Made by a program: the position numbers and the translations under genes. From Bacillus subtilis subsp. subtilis str. 168 (lineage in GTDB: Bacteria > Bacillota > Bacilli > Bacillales > Bacillaceae), in the NCBI RefSeq assembly GCF_000009045.1, contig NC_000964.3:3658001-3722000 (forward strand): 64,000 nt of DNA, given 5' to 3'. Below are positions 1 through 9,208 of this stretch, piece after piece; position 1 is the stretch's first letter; every line of letters starts with the position of its first letter. The notes under the pieces are model-generated. The model saw nothing but the letters and a program-made list of their open reading frames with translations, did not search any database and was not told the DNA's origin.

Positions 1-206
1 ATTAATGCTGCGCCAAAACCCATATCGAGCACAATCTGGGCGAAAACTGTAACCGTTGTGATCATGCCGACAAGCCCAAATTCTGTTAAGGTCATCATAT
101 TTCCAAGCAGGGCAAACTGAACAATTTGTATGATTGTAATACACATGGTTGAAATACTTGTCCACTTTGCACCGCTCATGATTTGTTTTGTAATACTTGG
201 CATCAT
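1..206 (-). CDS. tuaB: Teichuronic acid flippase (Wzx family), 5' part; runs off window start
   Basis: Manual translation MMPSITKQIMSGAKWTSISTMCITIIQIVQFALLG...DMGFGAAL is a typical Wzx N-terminus; lies directly downstream of tuaA. Confidence 0.85.
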   Translation of the reverse strand, partial: MMPSITKQIMSGAKWTSISTMCITIIQIVQFALLGNMMTLTEFGLVGMITTVTVFAQIVLDMGFGAAL

Positions 207-258
207 ATTCCCTACTTCTTTTTAAGCTCAGATTGATGGTGAATAATGGAATCCCGTT

Positions 259-892
259 TTATCTTGCACCATCACCCGTCCAAACTACTTTACAAGTTTT
301 TAACATAATTTTTAATTCTAAAGTGAAAGTCAGATTGCGAATGTAATATAAATCAAATATCAGCTTTTCCTTCGGCGTCATATCGTAACCGCCGTTCACC
401 TGAGCCCAGACGCTGTGTAAAGCCTGGAATCTCATTCTGGAATTTTTCCGTAAATACGGGCCGTTCCGGACGAGGGCCAATCATACTCATATCGCCTTTC
501 AGCACATTAAACAGCTGAGGAAGCTCGTCAATTCTCGTTCTTCTGATAAAAGCTCCGATCCTTGTCACCCGCGGATCTTGCTTCTGTGCCCAAACCGCCC
601 CAGACTTCTCGGCATCTATTTTCATGGAACGAAGCTTATAAAGCTTAAATGGCTTCCCGCCTTTCCCTACGCGTTCCTGCGTATAAATGGCAGGCCCCGG
701 CGTCTCCAAACAAATCAAAATTGAAAATACCGCAATCATTGGCAGCGCAATCGCCAATCCAATGAGCGCAAACCAAATATCCATTACGCGCTTTATTGCC
801 AAATAACGAGCCGTCTTTTCAGATAATGTAAAAGAATGTATTTGTTGAACTGAGAATTCACGACTCACATTCATGCTTTTCTCTGCACTCAC
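259..892 (-). pseudogene. tuaA: Undecaprenyl-phosphate sugar phosphotransferase (WcaJ/Bac_transf family), frameshifted
   Basis: RIDELPQL..VLKGDMSMIGPRPERP is in one frame and WAQVNGGYD...DLYYI in another. The family xVKPGLTG segment is missing at about 409. Probable GTG start at 892 behind GAGGTG. Confidence 0.85.
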
Positions 893-958
893 TGACACAC
901 ACCTCACGATTTGTTTGGGATGTTATGATGACCTATGCCAGTCAGTTTAGCAGACGGA

Positions 959-996
959 TGTTAATTGGATGTAAATGGTATGTTAAGAAGTGTGAA
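959..996 (-). promoter_or_regulatory. Four PhoP boxes upstream of the tua operon
   Basis: Minus strand TTCACA-4-TTAACA-5-TTTACA-5-TTAACA matches TT(A/T/C)ACA repeats; tua is known to be PhoP-activated. Confidence 0.85.
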
Positions 997-1077
997 TTAC
1001 GTGTTTTTTCTGATAAATGTTGTTAATACTCTTTTACTATTTTATATACAAGTCCTATTTGTTTTAATCATTTCATA

Positions 1078-1115
1078 TAAAAAAGAGACAAATCTGTGAT
1101 TAGATTTGTCTCTTT
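1078..1115 (-). terminator. Intrinsic terminator of lytABC
   Basis: 14-bp stem AAAGAGACAAATCT/AGATTTGTCTCTTT followed by a T tract on the minus strand. Confidence 0.85.
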
Positions 1116-1118
1116 CGA

Positions 1119-2609
1119 TTATCTGTAATAAGATACTGTGCCGTCATGAATAGCTTGTGCAGCTTTATCTTTATAAACCGCTTGCTTCAATTTACTTGCA
1201 TCTGATGCATTAGTGATAAAGGCAGTTTCAACTAAAACACTCGGCATTTTAGAATATTTAATAACATAGAAAGCAGCTGTTTTTACTCCCCGGTCTCTCG
1301 TTCCAAGATTAGCCGCTAACTTTGGTTGAATTTGTTCAGCCAGTCTCTTGCTATTTGCAGCTTGATATGTTGTATCGTAGTACGTCTCACTTCCATTTGG
1401 TGATGAGCTATCATTAGCATTTGCATGTATACTGAGAAATAAATCTGCTTGTGCAGAAGCTGCTTTATTTACTCTCTCCTGTAAAGAATAAAAAGTATCA
1501 TTAGATCTTGACAGTACTGGAAGAGCACCTGAAGCATTTAGCTTTGTATTGACTCTTTTCGCTATATCAAGGTTGACTTCTTTCTCAAGGAGTCCATTGC
1601 CGATTGCTCCTGAATCTTGATCACCGTGACCCGGATCAATAAAGATTGTTTCACCTACAACTGGATTCTTTAGCTGATTAGCAACCTTTGTGCTTACGGC
1701 AGGAGTGTTTCCGATAATCATAAAGTTTGACATGTTTTTACTTCCAATAATTTTACGGGCTCCTGTAGATAAATTTTCACCATTTGTAAGAATAAGAGAT
1801 TGCTTCTTCTTAGCTGCCAGTGTAGCTCCTGCAATAGAGTCAGGGTAGCTGAATCCATTGCTTACATATACGGTGCTTGTTGATAAATTAAGTTTTTGTA
1901 CGATATTTGCAGCAAGCTCATATCTGTTTGAACCGCTAATTCTTGTAGGAGAAGGTAACTTGTTGTATACCGTATTGCTGATACTTCCAGTGCCTCCTAC
2001 AACAACGGTACTCGAAATTCCCTTATCTTTTATCACAGACGTAGTCGCACTATTTATAGATGTTTTATTTGTAAAAAGAATTGGATACCCGTTTTTCGCT
2101 GCATAAGGGATGACGGCCGGAGCGTCTGCATATAAGAAGCCGTTCAAAATAACAGCTTTTGAAGTCGCACCCATCGCTTTTGCCACCCGTGCAGCCGTAT
2201 CATAACGGTTGCTTCCTGCAATTCGTTTAATACTTATCCCCAAGCTTTTAATCTGGTTAGCAGTGTTAGAAGAAACAGCAGGTGTTCCGCCTACAATAAT
2301 TACATTTTTAGTCTGCATCTCTTTCAATCTTGTTTTCGTTTCATATGAAAGCTTATCAGAATTAGTGTAAAGCAATGGCGCATTCTTCTGGTAAGCAAGA
2401 GGTGCTGCTGAAATAGCATCTGCATAGGAACTCCCACCAACAATTACAGCTGTACTTGCTGTTGAATACATTTGCTTTGATATTTGTACAGCAGTGCCGT
2501 ATCTATTGCTTCCCCCAACTCTTTTCACTGAGTTATCGGCCAAAGCTGTTGGCACAAAAAGTATGAGCCCCAGAAAACACATTGTTAGGACTTTTATATA
2601 AGAACGCAA
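1119..2609 (-). CDS. lytC: N-acetylmuramoyl-L-alanine amidase, major autolysin
   Basis: Signal peptide, three GxNRY cell-wall-binding repeats, Amidase_3 motifs IDPGHG and SIHAN; TTG start behind AAGGAGG. Confidence 0.97.
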   Translation of the reverse strand: MRSYIKVLTMCFLGLILFVPTALADNSVKRVGGSNRYGTAVQISKQMYSTASTAVIVGGSSYADAISAAPLAYQKNAPLLYTNSDKLSYETKTRLKEMQTKNVIIVGGTPAVSSNTANQIKSLGISIKRIAGSNRYDTAARVAKAMGATSKAVILNGFLYADAPAVIPYAAKNGYPILFTNKTSINSATTSVIKDKGISSTVVVGGTGSISNTVYNKLPSPTRISGSNRYELAANIVQKLNLSTSTVYVSNGFSYPDSIAGATLAAKKKQSLILTNGENLSTGARKIIGSKNMSNFMIIGNTPAVSTKVANQLKNPVVGETIFIDPGHGDQDSGAIGNGLLEKEVNLDIAKRVNTKLNASGALPVLSRSNDTFYSLQERVNKAASAQADLFLSIHANANDSSSPNGSETYYDTTYQAANSKRLAEQIQPKLAANLGTRDRGVKTAAFYVIKYSKMPSVLVETAFITNASDASKLKQAVYKDKAAQAIHDGTVSYYR

Positions 2610-2647
2610 TTGATTTCCTCCTTAAATGGCGTTATATCCTAAAATAA

Positions 2648-4765
2648 TCAATAACTTGTCAGAGTTGTACCTGGATAGTAAAATTTCAAAATTGAACTAT
2701 ATGAATCTCCAGCTTCTGCTCTTGCTTTTGCTCCATATTGACTCATTCCGATCCCGTGACCATATCCTTTACCGCTGATTGTGTACTTTGAAGTATCTTT
2801 TTTTACAGTCACATAAGTACTTTTAAATACAGTCGCTCCAATCATTGTTCTTAACTCACTTGTTGGTACACTAATGGTTGTAATTTTGCTCAAGTTATAG
2901 GAGCCAGTACTGCTTTTAACAAAATACTTCACTTTCATCGATGCTGTTTTTGCACGCTGCCCTTGTGTCGTTCCACTAAAGCTTAAATCGTCAATACTTG
3001 CAATTTTGACAGAATCAGCGCTTGTTTCTTTATTTTTCAAGATCCAGTTCTTAACTCCGGAAAGTCTTGCAGAATCAGTTTCAGTCGCTGAAGACCACCA
3101 AGAAGAAGGCTTCGTTAAGTCCAAAGATTTCGTATCTAGCTGTTGTTTTGACAAAGTAAGCGTCCAGCCTATTTGAGGATCCTTTGTATCTTTTTTTGCA
3201 ATCAAGTAAGGTACACTTGACGACCACACTTCATTACTAGCTTCTGTGTAACCACCATTACTGGAAGAATAAGCTGCAGTTATAAGAGATCCATTATATT
3301 TCAGAACTTTCCCCTTCGTTTGCTCTACCGCTTTATTGGTATTCGAATTCCAACTGTAGCCACCATAAACTTGAAAAGCGGTTGTATCAGGTACAGTAGT
3401 TCCTGTTTTTGTTATTGAGTAGGTTCTTGCAGCGACAGTCTGTGCTTTAAGAGCCTCAAGTGACCAGCTAGCAGGCATTTCATTCGGAATTACTCCTTTT
3501 AAGTAATCCTCAAATGGAATATTCTCATTTACCGGTCGGATATATTTAGTAGACTCAATAGAGAAATTAACCGTGCCAAGATACTGCTTTCCATCAAGAC
3601 TAATTCTGTTTGAAGTAGAATAGTTTTCTGGTTTAATTCTTAGGGAGTTTCCGTAAGTTTTGATGTTTTCAAGGTTTAATTTTCCGCTGTTGATTTTTAG
3701 ATTATAGGTGCCACCGTCAGCTAAATAAAATTCATCAGCAAGTGAATTCTCAACTTCAGCAGAAATTGAACTGGTACTTCCAATAAAGTCGTATGCATAT
3801 GTGGCTTTATCTTTCGTTATACTTTTAGCCGCAGCCGGAACGCTATCTTGTTTAACAAATAAAATTTGGCTGTTTTTCTTCGAGGCAAGCGAAGCGCCTA
3901 TCAATACGTCTGCATATTTTGTCCCGTTCGTCATTACGACTTTATCAGCCTTCAACTTTAGTTGCTTAATTATATTTGCCGTAAGTTCATATCTGGTTGA
4001 TCCAGGAATCCTTTGCACAGTTGAAGTTTTTTTAATTTGGTTTTCTACACTATCACTGACGCTAAATGAACTGCCTATAATGATGACTTGTTTTGGCAAA
4101 TCATAATCCGGAAGCTTGTCTTTCTCTGTAAGCAAAATAGGGTATCCGTGTGCTGCTGCATATGGAGCAATGGCTAAAGCGTCTTGAAATACTCTTCCGG
4201 TTACAACGATCGCTTTATCATAGCTGCCCATTTGCTTTGCAATATTTTCTGATAAGACATATCTATTTTTTCCGCTTATCCTTTTCACAGCGCCATATGA
4301 TTTCAGCTTGTTTTCTACGTCTTTTGAAATGCTTCGCGCTCCCCCAATGATTAAAATATTATCAGGGTTAAACTTAGCAATTTGTCTTTCAGTAGTTTTT
4401 GTTAACGTGTCAGGCTGAGTAAATAAAACTGGTGCGTTCAGTTTTTTCGCCAATGGAATAACAGGCAATGCATCAATAAAAATATCTCGGTTCACCAATA
4501 TCACTGTATTAGGATTTTTCCACTGGCTGTTGGATGCAAGAGTCGCAGTTTCGTATCGTGAAGCGCCTGCAAAACGATCCGTAACAGCAACATTATCTCC
4601 AGTTACTTTATAAAATCCTGTTGGCGATAGACTGATGCTAGATTTATTTCCAATATAATTTAACAATTTAACTGAGATGTTTGAGTCTGCTGCAAAAGAA
4701 ACTGATGGAATCAATAATAAGATTGCAGCAAGTGAACACACTATCAATTGTTTGCAAGATTTCAA
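2648..4765 (-). CDS. lytB: Amidase enhancer (CW_binding_2 repeats plus SpoIID domain)
   Basis: GxxRY repeats; YLKGVIPNEMPASW..EALKAQ and GHGIGMSQYGA SpoIID motifs. Confidence 0.96.
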   Translation of the reverse strand: MKSCKQLIVCSLAAILLLIPSVSFAADSNISVKLLNYIGNKSSISLSPTGFYKVTGDNVAVTDRFAGASRYETATLASNSQWKNPNTVILVNRDIFIDALPVIPLAKKLNAPVLFTQPDTLTKTTERQIAKFNPDNILIIGGARSISKDVENKLKSYGAVKRISGKNRYVLSENIAKQMGSYDKAIVVTGRVFQDALAIAPYAAAHGYPILLTEKDKLPDYDLPKQVIIIGSSFSVSDSVENQIKKTSTVQRIPGSTRYELTANIIKQLKLKADKVVMTNGTKYADVLIGASLASKKNSQILFVKQDSVPAAAKSITKDKATYAYDFIGSTSSISAEVENSLADEFYLADGGTYNLKINSGKLNLENIKTYGNSLRIKPENYSTSNRISLDGKQYLGTVNFSIESTKYIRPVNENIPFEDYLKGVIPNEMPASWSLEALKAQTVAARTYSITKTGTTVPDTTAFQVYGGYSWNSNTNKAVEQTKGKVLKYNGSLITAAYSSSNGGYTEASNEVWSSSVPYLIAKKDTKDPQIGWTLTLSKQQLDTKSLDLTKPSSWWSSATETDSARLSGVKNWILKNKETSADSVKIASIDDLSFSGTTQGQRAKTASMKVKYFVKSSTGSYNLSKITTISVPTSELRTMIGATVFKSTYVTVKKDTSKYTISGKGYGHGIGMSQYGAKARAEAGDSYSSILKFYYPGTTLTSY

Positions 4766-4788
4766 AATTTCAGGTTCCTCCCTATATC

Positions 4789-5097
4789 TTAGTTGGCACG
4801 TTCAATATCTTTTAACAGAAGCTGACCCTCATCATTTTTTTCATATGTAATCGTGACCTTATCTCCACTGTTAAACTTATCAAGATCACTTGTCGATTCT
4901 TCAGTGATATCAAGACTAACCGGCTCATTATCTACTGTTACTTCTATTGTATGAGTATCAGCTAACCCTACATAAGTACCTTCTTTTGTTTCAATGTTAC
5001 TGTCTGGCGATACATCTTCACCTTGACTCTTTTGACTATTAACCCCGCAACCCGAAAGAAGCAATATAAAGAACAGTAAAGCAATAAATTTTTTCAT
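4789..5097 (-). CDS. lytA: Lipoprotein of the lytABC operon
   Basis: MKKFIALL...LSGC lipobox; GAGGTG RBS places the start at 5097. Confidence 0.93.
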   Translation of the reverse strand: MKKFIALLFFILLLSGCGVNSQKSQGEDVSPDSNIETKEGTYVGLADTHTIEVTVDNEPVSLDITEESTSDLDKFNSGDKVTITYEKNDEGQLLLKDIERAN

Positions 5098-5117
5098 TTT
5101 TTTCACCTCATTATATT

Positions 5118-5143
5118 TTATCGTCAACCTATTTTATATTTTA
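5118..5143 (-). promoter_or_regulatory. Probable SigD promoter of lytABC
   Basis: TAAA-14-GACGATAA versus consensus TAAA-N15-GCCGATAT. Confidence 0.65.
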
Positions 5144-5162
5144 AAGAAAAATTAAGAAACAA

Positions 5163-5190
5163 TGAAACTTTTTTTTATAAAAAACGACTA
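5163..5190 (+). promoter_or_regulatory. ECF (SigX-type) promoter of tagU
   Basis: TGAAAC-16-CGACTA. Confidence 0.8.
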
Positions 5191-5280
5191 TTTTAGGATT
5201 TCATTCTTGTATTAAATAGAGTTGTATTTATTGGAAATTTAACTCATAATGAAAGTAATTTAACAGACGAGGTGCAAAGG

Positions 5281-6201
5281 ATGAGAAACGAACGCAGAAA
5301 AAAGAAAAAAACTTTATTACTGACAATTTTAACGATAATCGGACTTCTTGTACTCGGAACTGGCGGCTATGCATACTACTTATGGCATAAAGCAGCTTCA
5401 ACCGTGGCAAGTATTCATGAAAGCATTGATAAATCTAAAAAGAGGGATAAAGAGGTCAGTATCAATAAAAAAGATCCTTTTTCCGTCTTAATCATGGGTG
5501 TGGATGAACGCGACGGCGATAAGGGCCGTGCCGATACGCTCATTTATATGACCGTTAACCCAAAAACGAATACAACCGACATGGTCAGCATTCCGCGTGA
5601 CACGTATACAAAAATTATCGGAAAAGGCACAATGGATAAAATCAACCATTCATACGCTTTCGGCGGCACACAGATGACGGTAGACACTGTTGAGAACTTC
5701 CTCGATGTTCCGGTTGATTATTTTGTGAAAGTGAACATGGAAAGCTTTAGAGACGTTGTTGATACACTTGGCGGCATTACAGTTAACAGCACATTCGCGT
5801 TCAGTTATGACGGTTATTCGTTCGGCAAAGGAGAAATCACGCTGAACGGAAAAGAAGCGCTCGCTTATACCCGGATGAGAAAAGAAGATCCGAGAGGCGA
5901 CTTCGGACGCCAGGACCGCCAGCGCCAAGTCATCCAAGGTATTATTAATAAAGGCGCTAATATTTCTTCCATCACGAAATTCGGAGATATGTTTAAAGTT
6001 GTTGAAAATAATGTGAAAACGAACTTGACCTTCGATAACATGTGGGATATCCAGTCCGATTACAAAGGTGCGCGGAAACATATTAAACAGCACGAACTAA
6101 AAGGTACAGGCACGAAAATCAATGGAATTTACTACTACCAAGCTGATGAAAGCGCCCTTTCCGATATTACAAAAGAGCTGAAGGAAAGCCTCGAAAAGTA
6201 A
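5281..6201 (+). CDS. tagU: LCP-family teichoic acid-peptidoglycan ligase (LytR)
   Basis: Basic N-terminus, one TM helix, GRADT, SIPRDT and GDFGRQDRQ LCP motifs; RBS supports ATG at 5281. Confidence 0.95.
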   Translation: MRNERRKKKKTLLLTILTIIGLLVLGTGGYAYYLWHKAASTVASIHESIDKSKKRDKEVSINKKDPFSVLIMGVDERDGDKGRADTLIYMTVNPKTNTTDMVSIPRDTYTKIIGKGTMDKINHSYAFGGTQMTVDTVENFLDVPVDYFVKVNMESFRDVVDTLGGITVNSTFAFSYDGYSFGKGEITLNGKEALAYTRMRKEDPRGDFGRQDRQRQVIQGIINKGANISSITKFGDMFKVVENNVKTNLTFDNMWDIQSDYKGARKHIKQHELKGTGTKINGIYYYQADESALSDITKELKESLEK

Positions 6202-6204
6202 AAC

Positions 6205-6243
6205 AAAAAGAAGCTTCGCACAATGTGCAAAGCTTCTTTTTTA
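6205..6243. terminator. Bidirectional terminator tagU/mnaA
   Basis: AAAAAGAAGCTT...AAGCTTCTTTTT hairpin between convergent genes. Confidence 0.85.
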
Positions 6244-7383
6244 TTTGCCTGTAAATGAATCCGGTTGTTCTTTTCGATACCCGTAATGAAACAGCAATTC
6301 TTCCACAATCCGGCGGGAAGCCTCTCCATCTCCATACGGATTAGAAGCCTGGGACATTTTCTTGTACTCATCAGGATCAGTTAACAGCTGTTTTGCAAGC
6401 TGATAAATGTTTTCCTCATCCGTACCTGCAAGTTTCAGCGTTCCCGCTTCCACTCCTTCAGGCCGTTCCGTCGTATCACGCAGAACAAGAACCGGTTTCC
6501 CGAGAGATGGGGCTTCCTCCTGCACGCCGCCCGAATCGGTCAATATAAAATGCGATTTCGCTGCAAAGTTATGGAAATCGATCACCTCTAAAGGTTCAAT
6601 CAGATGCACTCTGTCAGAATCACCAAAATGCTTATGAGCCGCTTCCCGGACAACAGGATTCAGGTGCACAGGGTAAACGACTTGTACATCTTCAAATTCC
6701 CCTACAATTCTGCGGATGGCCTTAAACATGTTTTCCATTGGCTCACCCAAATTTTCCCGGCGGTGAGCGGTCAAGAGAATCATTTTATCCTCACCCACCT
6801 GATCGAGAACAGGATGTGAGTAACCATCCCTAACCGTTGTGTTGAGTGCGTCAATCGCTGTATTGCCCGTTACAAAAATAGAGTCGGCCTTTTTGTTTTC
6901 TTTTAATAAATTGTCTTTCGCCTGGCCTGTCGGAGCAAAATGCAAATCAGCAATCGCCCCTGTCATCTGTCGATTGAGCTCTTCCGGAAACGGGGAATAC
7001 TTATTCCCTGTACGGAGCCCCGCCTCCACATGACCGACAGCAATTTGATGGTAAAAAGCGGCTAGGCTTCCGGCAAACGTCGTCGTCGTATCACCATGGA
7101 CAAGCACAATATCGGGTTTGATATCTTTAAACAACTCATCCAATCTTACAAGTGCGTTAGACGTAATCTCTGCCAGTGTCTGCCGCTCCTTCATAATGTT
7201 CAAATCGAAGTCAGGCTTGATGTGAAACGCATCTAACACCTGATCGAGCATCTGTCTGTGCTGTGCAGTTACCGTTACATAGGAATCTATTTCAGGATAT
7301 TTTTTCAATTCAAGCACAAGCGGTGCCATCTTGATCGCTTCAGGCCTGGTCCCGAAAACGGTCATCACTTTTAGTTTTTTCAT
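6241..7383 (-). CDS. mnaA: UDP-N-acetylglucosamine 2-epimerase
   Basis: VFGTRPEAIK, HVEAGLR and DSGGVQEEA motifs; start taken as MKKLKV at 7383. Confidence 0.96.
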   Translation of the reverse strand: MKKLKVMTVFGTRPEAIKMAPLVLELKKYPEIDSYVTVTAQHRQMLDQVLDAFHIKPDFDLNIMKERQTLAEITSNALVRLDELFKDIKPDIVLVHGDTTTTFAGSLAAFYHQIAVGHVEAGLRTGNKYSPFPEELNRQMTGAIADLHFAPTGQAKDNLLKENKKADSIFVTGNTAIDALNTTVRDGYSHPVLDQVGEDKMILLTAHRRENLGEPMENMFKAIRRIVGEFEDVQVVYPVHLNPVVREAAHKHFGDSDRVHLIEPLEVIDFHNFAAKSHFILTDSGGVQEEAPSLGKPVLVLRDTTERPEGVEAGTLKLAGTDEENIYQLAKQLLTDPDEYKKMSQASNPYGDGEASRRIVEELLFHYGYRKEQPDSFTGK

Positions 7384-7548
7384 ATTTGTCACCTGGTTTT
7401 CTGCTATAGTAAATAAATTCATACTACATATTCTACATGAAAATGCATCATTTTAAATCATTTCATTCTTGATTCAAATAAAATGATATAAGTTTTAATA
7501 TTAAGGATAAAGCTTGTTTAAAAATGGTTTATCCGATATCATAAAAAT

Positions 7549-7574
7549 GTGTAAAAACATATTGAAAAGGGTAA
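7549..7574 (+). promoter_or_regulatory. SigB promoter of gtaB
   Basis: GTGTAA-14-GGGTAA. Confidence 0.75.
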
Positions 7575-7628
7575 ATAGAGAATAGTTTAACCATAAATTT
7601 TTTCGATCATAAGGAAGGTGCCTTTTAA

Positions 7629-8507
7629 ATGAAAAAAGTACGTAAAGCCATAATTCCAGCAGCAGGCTTAGGAACACGTTTTCTTCCGGCTACGAAAGCA
7701 ATGCCGAAAGAAATGCTTCCTATCGTTGATAAACCTACCATTCAATACATAATTGAAGAAGCTGTTGAAGCCGGTATTGAAGATATTATTATCGTAACAG
7801 GAAAAAGCAAGCGTGCGATTGAGGATCATTTTGATTACTCTCCTGAGCTTGAAAGAAACCTAGAAGAAAAAGGAAAAACTGAGCTGCTTGAAAAAGTGAA
7901 AAAGGCTTCTAACCTGGCTGACATTCACTATATCCGCCAAAAAGAACCTAAAGGTCTCGGACATGCTGTCTGGTGCGCACGCAACTTTATCGGCGATGAG
8001 CCGTTTGCGGTACTGCTTGGTGACGATATTGTTCAGGCTGAAACTCCAGGGTTGCGCCAATTAATGGATGAATATGAAAAAACACTTTCTTCTATTATCG
8101 GTGTTCAGCAGGTGCCCGAAGAAGAAACACACCGCTACGGCATTATTGACCCGCTGACAAGTGAAGGCCGCCGTTATCAGGTGAAAAACTTCGTTGAAAA
8201 ACCGCCTAAAGGCACAGCACCTTCTAATCTTGCCATCTTAGGCCGTTACGTATTCACGCCTGAGATCTTCATGTATTTAGAAGAGCAGCAGGTTGGCGCC
8301 GGCGGAGAAATTCAGCTCACAGACGCCATTCAAAAGCTGAATGAAATTCAAAGAGTGTTTGCTTACGATTTTGAAGGCAAGCGTTATGATGTTGGTGAAA
8401 AGCTCGGCTTTATCACAACAACTCTTGAATTTGCGATGCAGGATAAAGAGCTTCGCGATCAGCTCGTTCCATTTATGGAAGGTTTACTAAACAAAGAAGA
8501 AATCTAA
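7629..8507 (+). CDS. gtaB: UTP-glucose-1-phosphate uridylyltransferase
   Basis: [21 protein letters not shown] signature; full-length 292 aa. Confidence 0.98.
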   Translation: MKKVRKAIIPAAGLGTRFLPATKAMPKEMLPIVDKPTIQYIIEEAVEAGIEDIIIVTGKSKRAIEDHFDYSPELERNLEEKGKTELLEKVKKASNLADIHYIRQKEPKGLGHAVWCARNFIGDEPFAVLLGDDIVQAETPGLRQLMDEYEKTLSSIIGVQQVPEEETHRYGIIDPLTSEGRRYQVKNFVEKPPKGTAPSNLAILGRYVFTPEIFMYLEEQQVGAGGEIQLTDAIQKLNEIQRVFAYDFEGKRYDVGEKLGFITTTLEFAMQDKELRDQLVPFMEGLLNKEEI

Positions 8508-8509
8508 AC

Positions 8510-8547
8510 AAAAAGGCTATTGGACATTCATCCAATAGCCTTTTTTT
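8510..8547. terminator. Bidirectional terminator after gtaB
   Basis: AAAAAGGCTATTGGA-cattca-TCCAATAGCCTTTTT; identical copy at 15528-15565. Confidence 0.92.
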
Positions 8548-8603
8548 ATTTCAACATCAAAGTCAATGTATGCTCTTCATTATCAACTGCGAAGACCTGA
8601 TCA
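8546..8603 (-). pseudogene. Stub of the tagH 3' end
   Basis: Encodes [18 protein letters not shown], identical in protein to the TagH C-terminus; 3 synonymous differences. Confidence 0.9.
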
Positions 8604-9090
8604 ACGGCCTGCCGCAAAAATTAATAATCCCAGACAAACACACTGATTGTAGAGTTAAACAAACTAAATGAAAACATAAATACAAACATGCAGATTAAAT
8701 AGTAAATATCTTGTATTCAATGCAAGCTAAGTAAACACCACTTGCTAAAAGAACAATGACTAAACAACCAGCATTACAAAATAATTAAATAAATTTGAAG
8801 CAATTACAACAGAAGGCAGTGAACTGTCGGAAAGTTCATTTTGGCTACCATATTAATCCCTTTAACTACGCTGTTGGATTTATCAAGAATTGTCGGGCTA
8901 ATAGAAAACCACGGAATCAAACCAGCCAGCATTCAAACGATAAAAGGCACTTCTCCGATACCTGTTATGACCAGCTTACTGTTGCGCATCCCAAATACAA
9001 ACCAGTACGCCATCATTAGAATAAGGGGATTTAAAACCTGCCATAATACACCAAAATAATTGATTTTTTGGATCTTTCGGTTAAAGAAAT
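8604..9090 (-). pseudogene. Diverged, disrupted tagG-like ABC permease relic
   Basis: [31 protein letters not shown] (W to stop); further homology to tagG continues to the LLQAV region, then joins the tagH stub. Confidence 0.88.
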
Positions 9091-9108
9091 TTAAAAGTAC
9101 CAGTGAAT

Positions 9109-9136
9109 ATTGTAACAAATGTTGAGTTTTTTTCAC
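9109..9136 (-). promoter_or_regulatory. Relic copy of the tagG promoter
   Basis: GTGAAA-16-TACAAT with TG extension, homologous to 18064-18092. Confidence 0.6.
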
Positions 9137-9208
9137 TTTTAAAAAGTAAAGAGAAGTCTCGCAGAACTTCTCCCAACATTTGAAGTGTCAATATAAAACA
9201 AACCAACC

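Larger units (their letters stand above)
7924..8603 (+). repeat. 680-bp direct repeat, copy 1 (gtaB 3' part + terminator + tagH 3' end)
   Basis: Aligns without gaps to 14942-15621 at offset 7018; 32 mismatches counted by hand (about 95% identity). Confidence 0.95.

Noticed and set aside
259-480. 73-aa ORF as a separate gene
   Set aside because: Its C-terminal part is the out-of-frame tail of tuaA; no RBS
8933-9136. 67-aa ORF as a functional small membrane protein
   Set aside because: It is a fragment of the tagG relic ending at a TGG-to-TGA change; its GTG start is part of the relic -35 element
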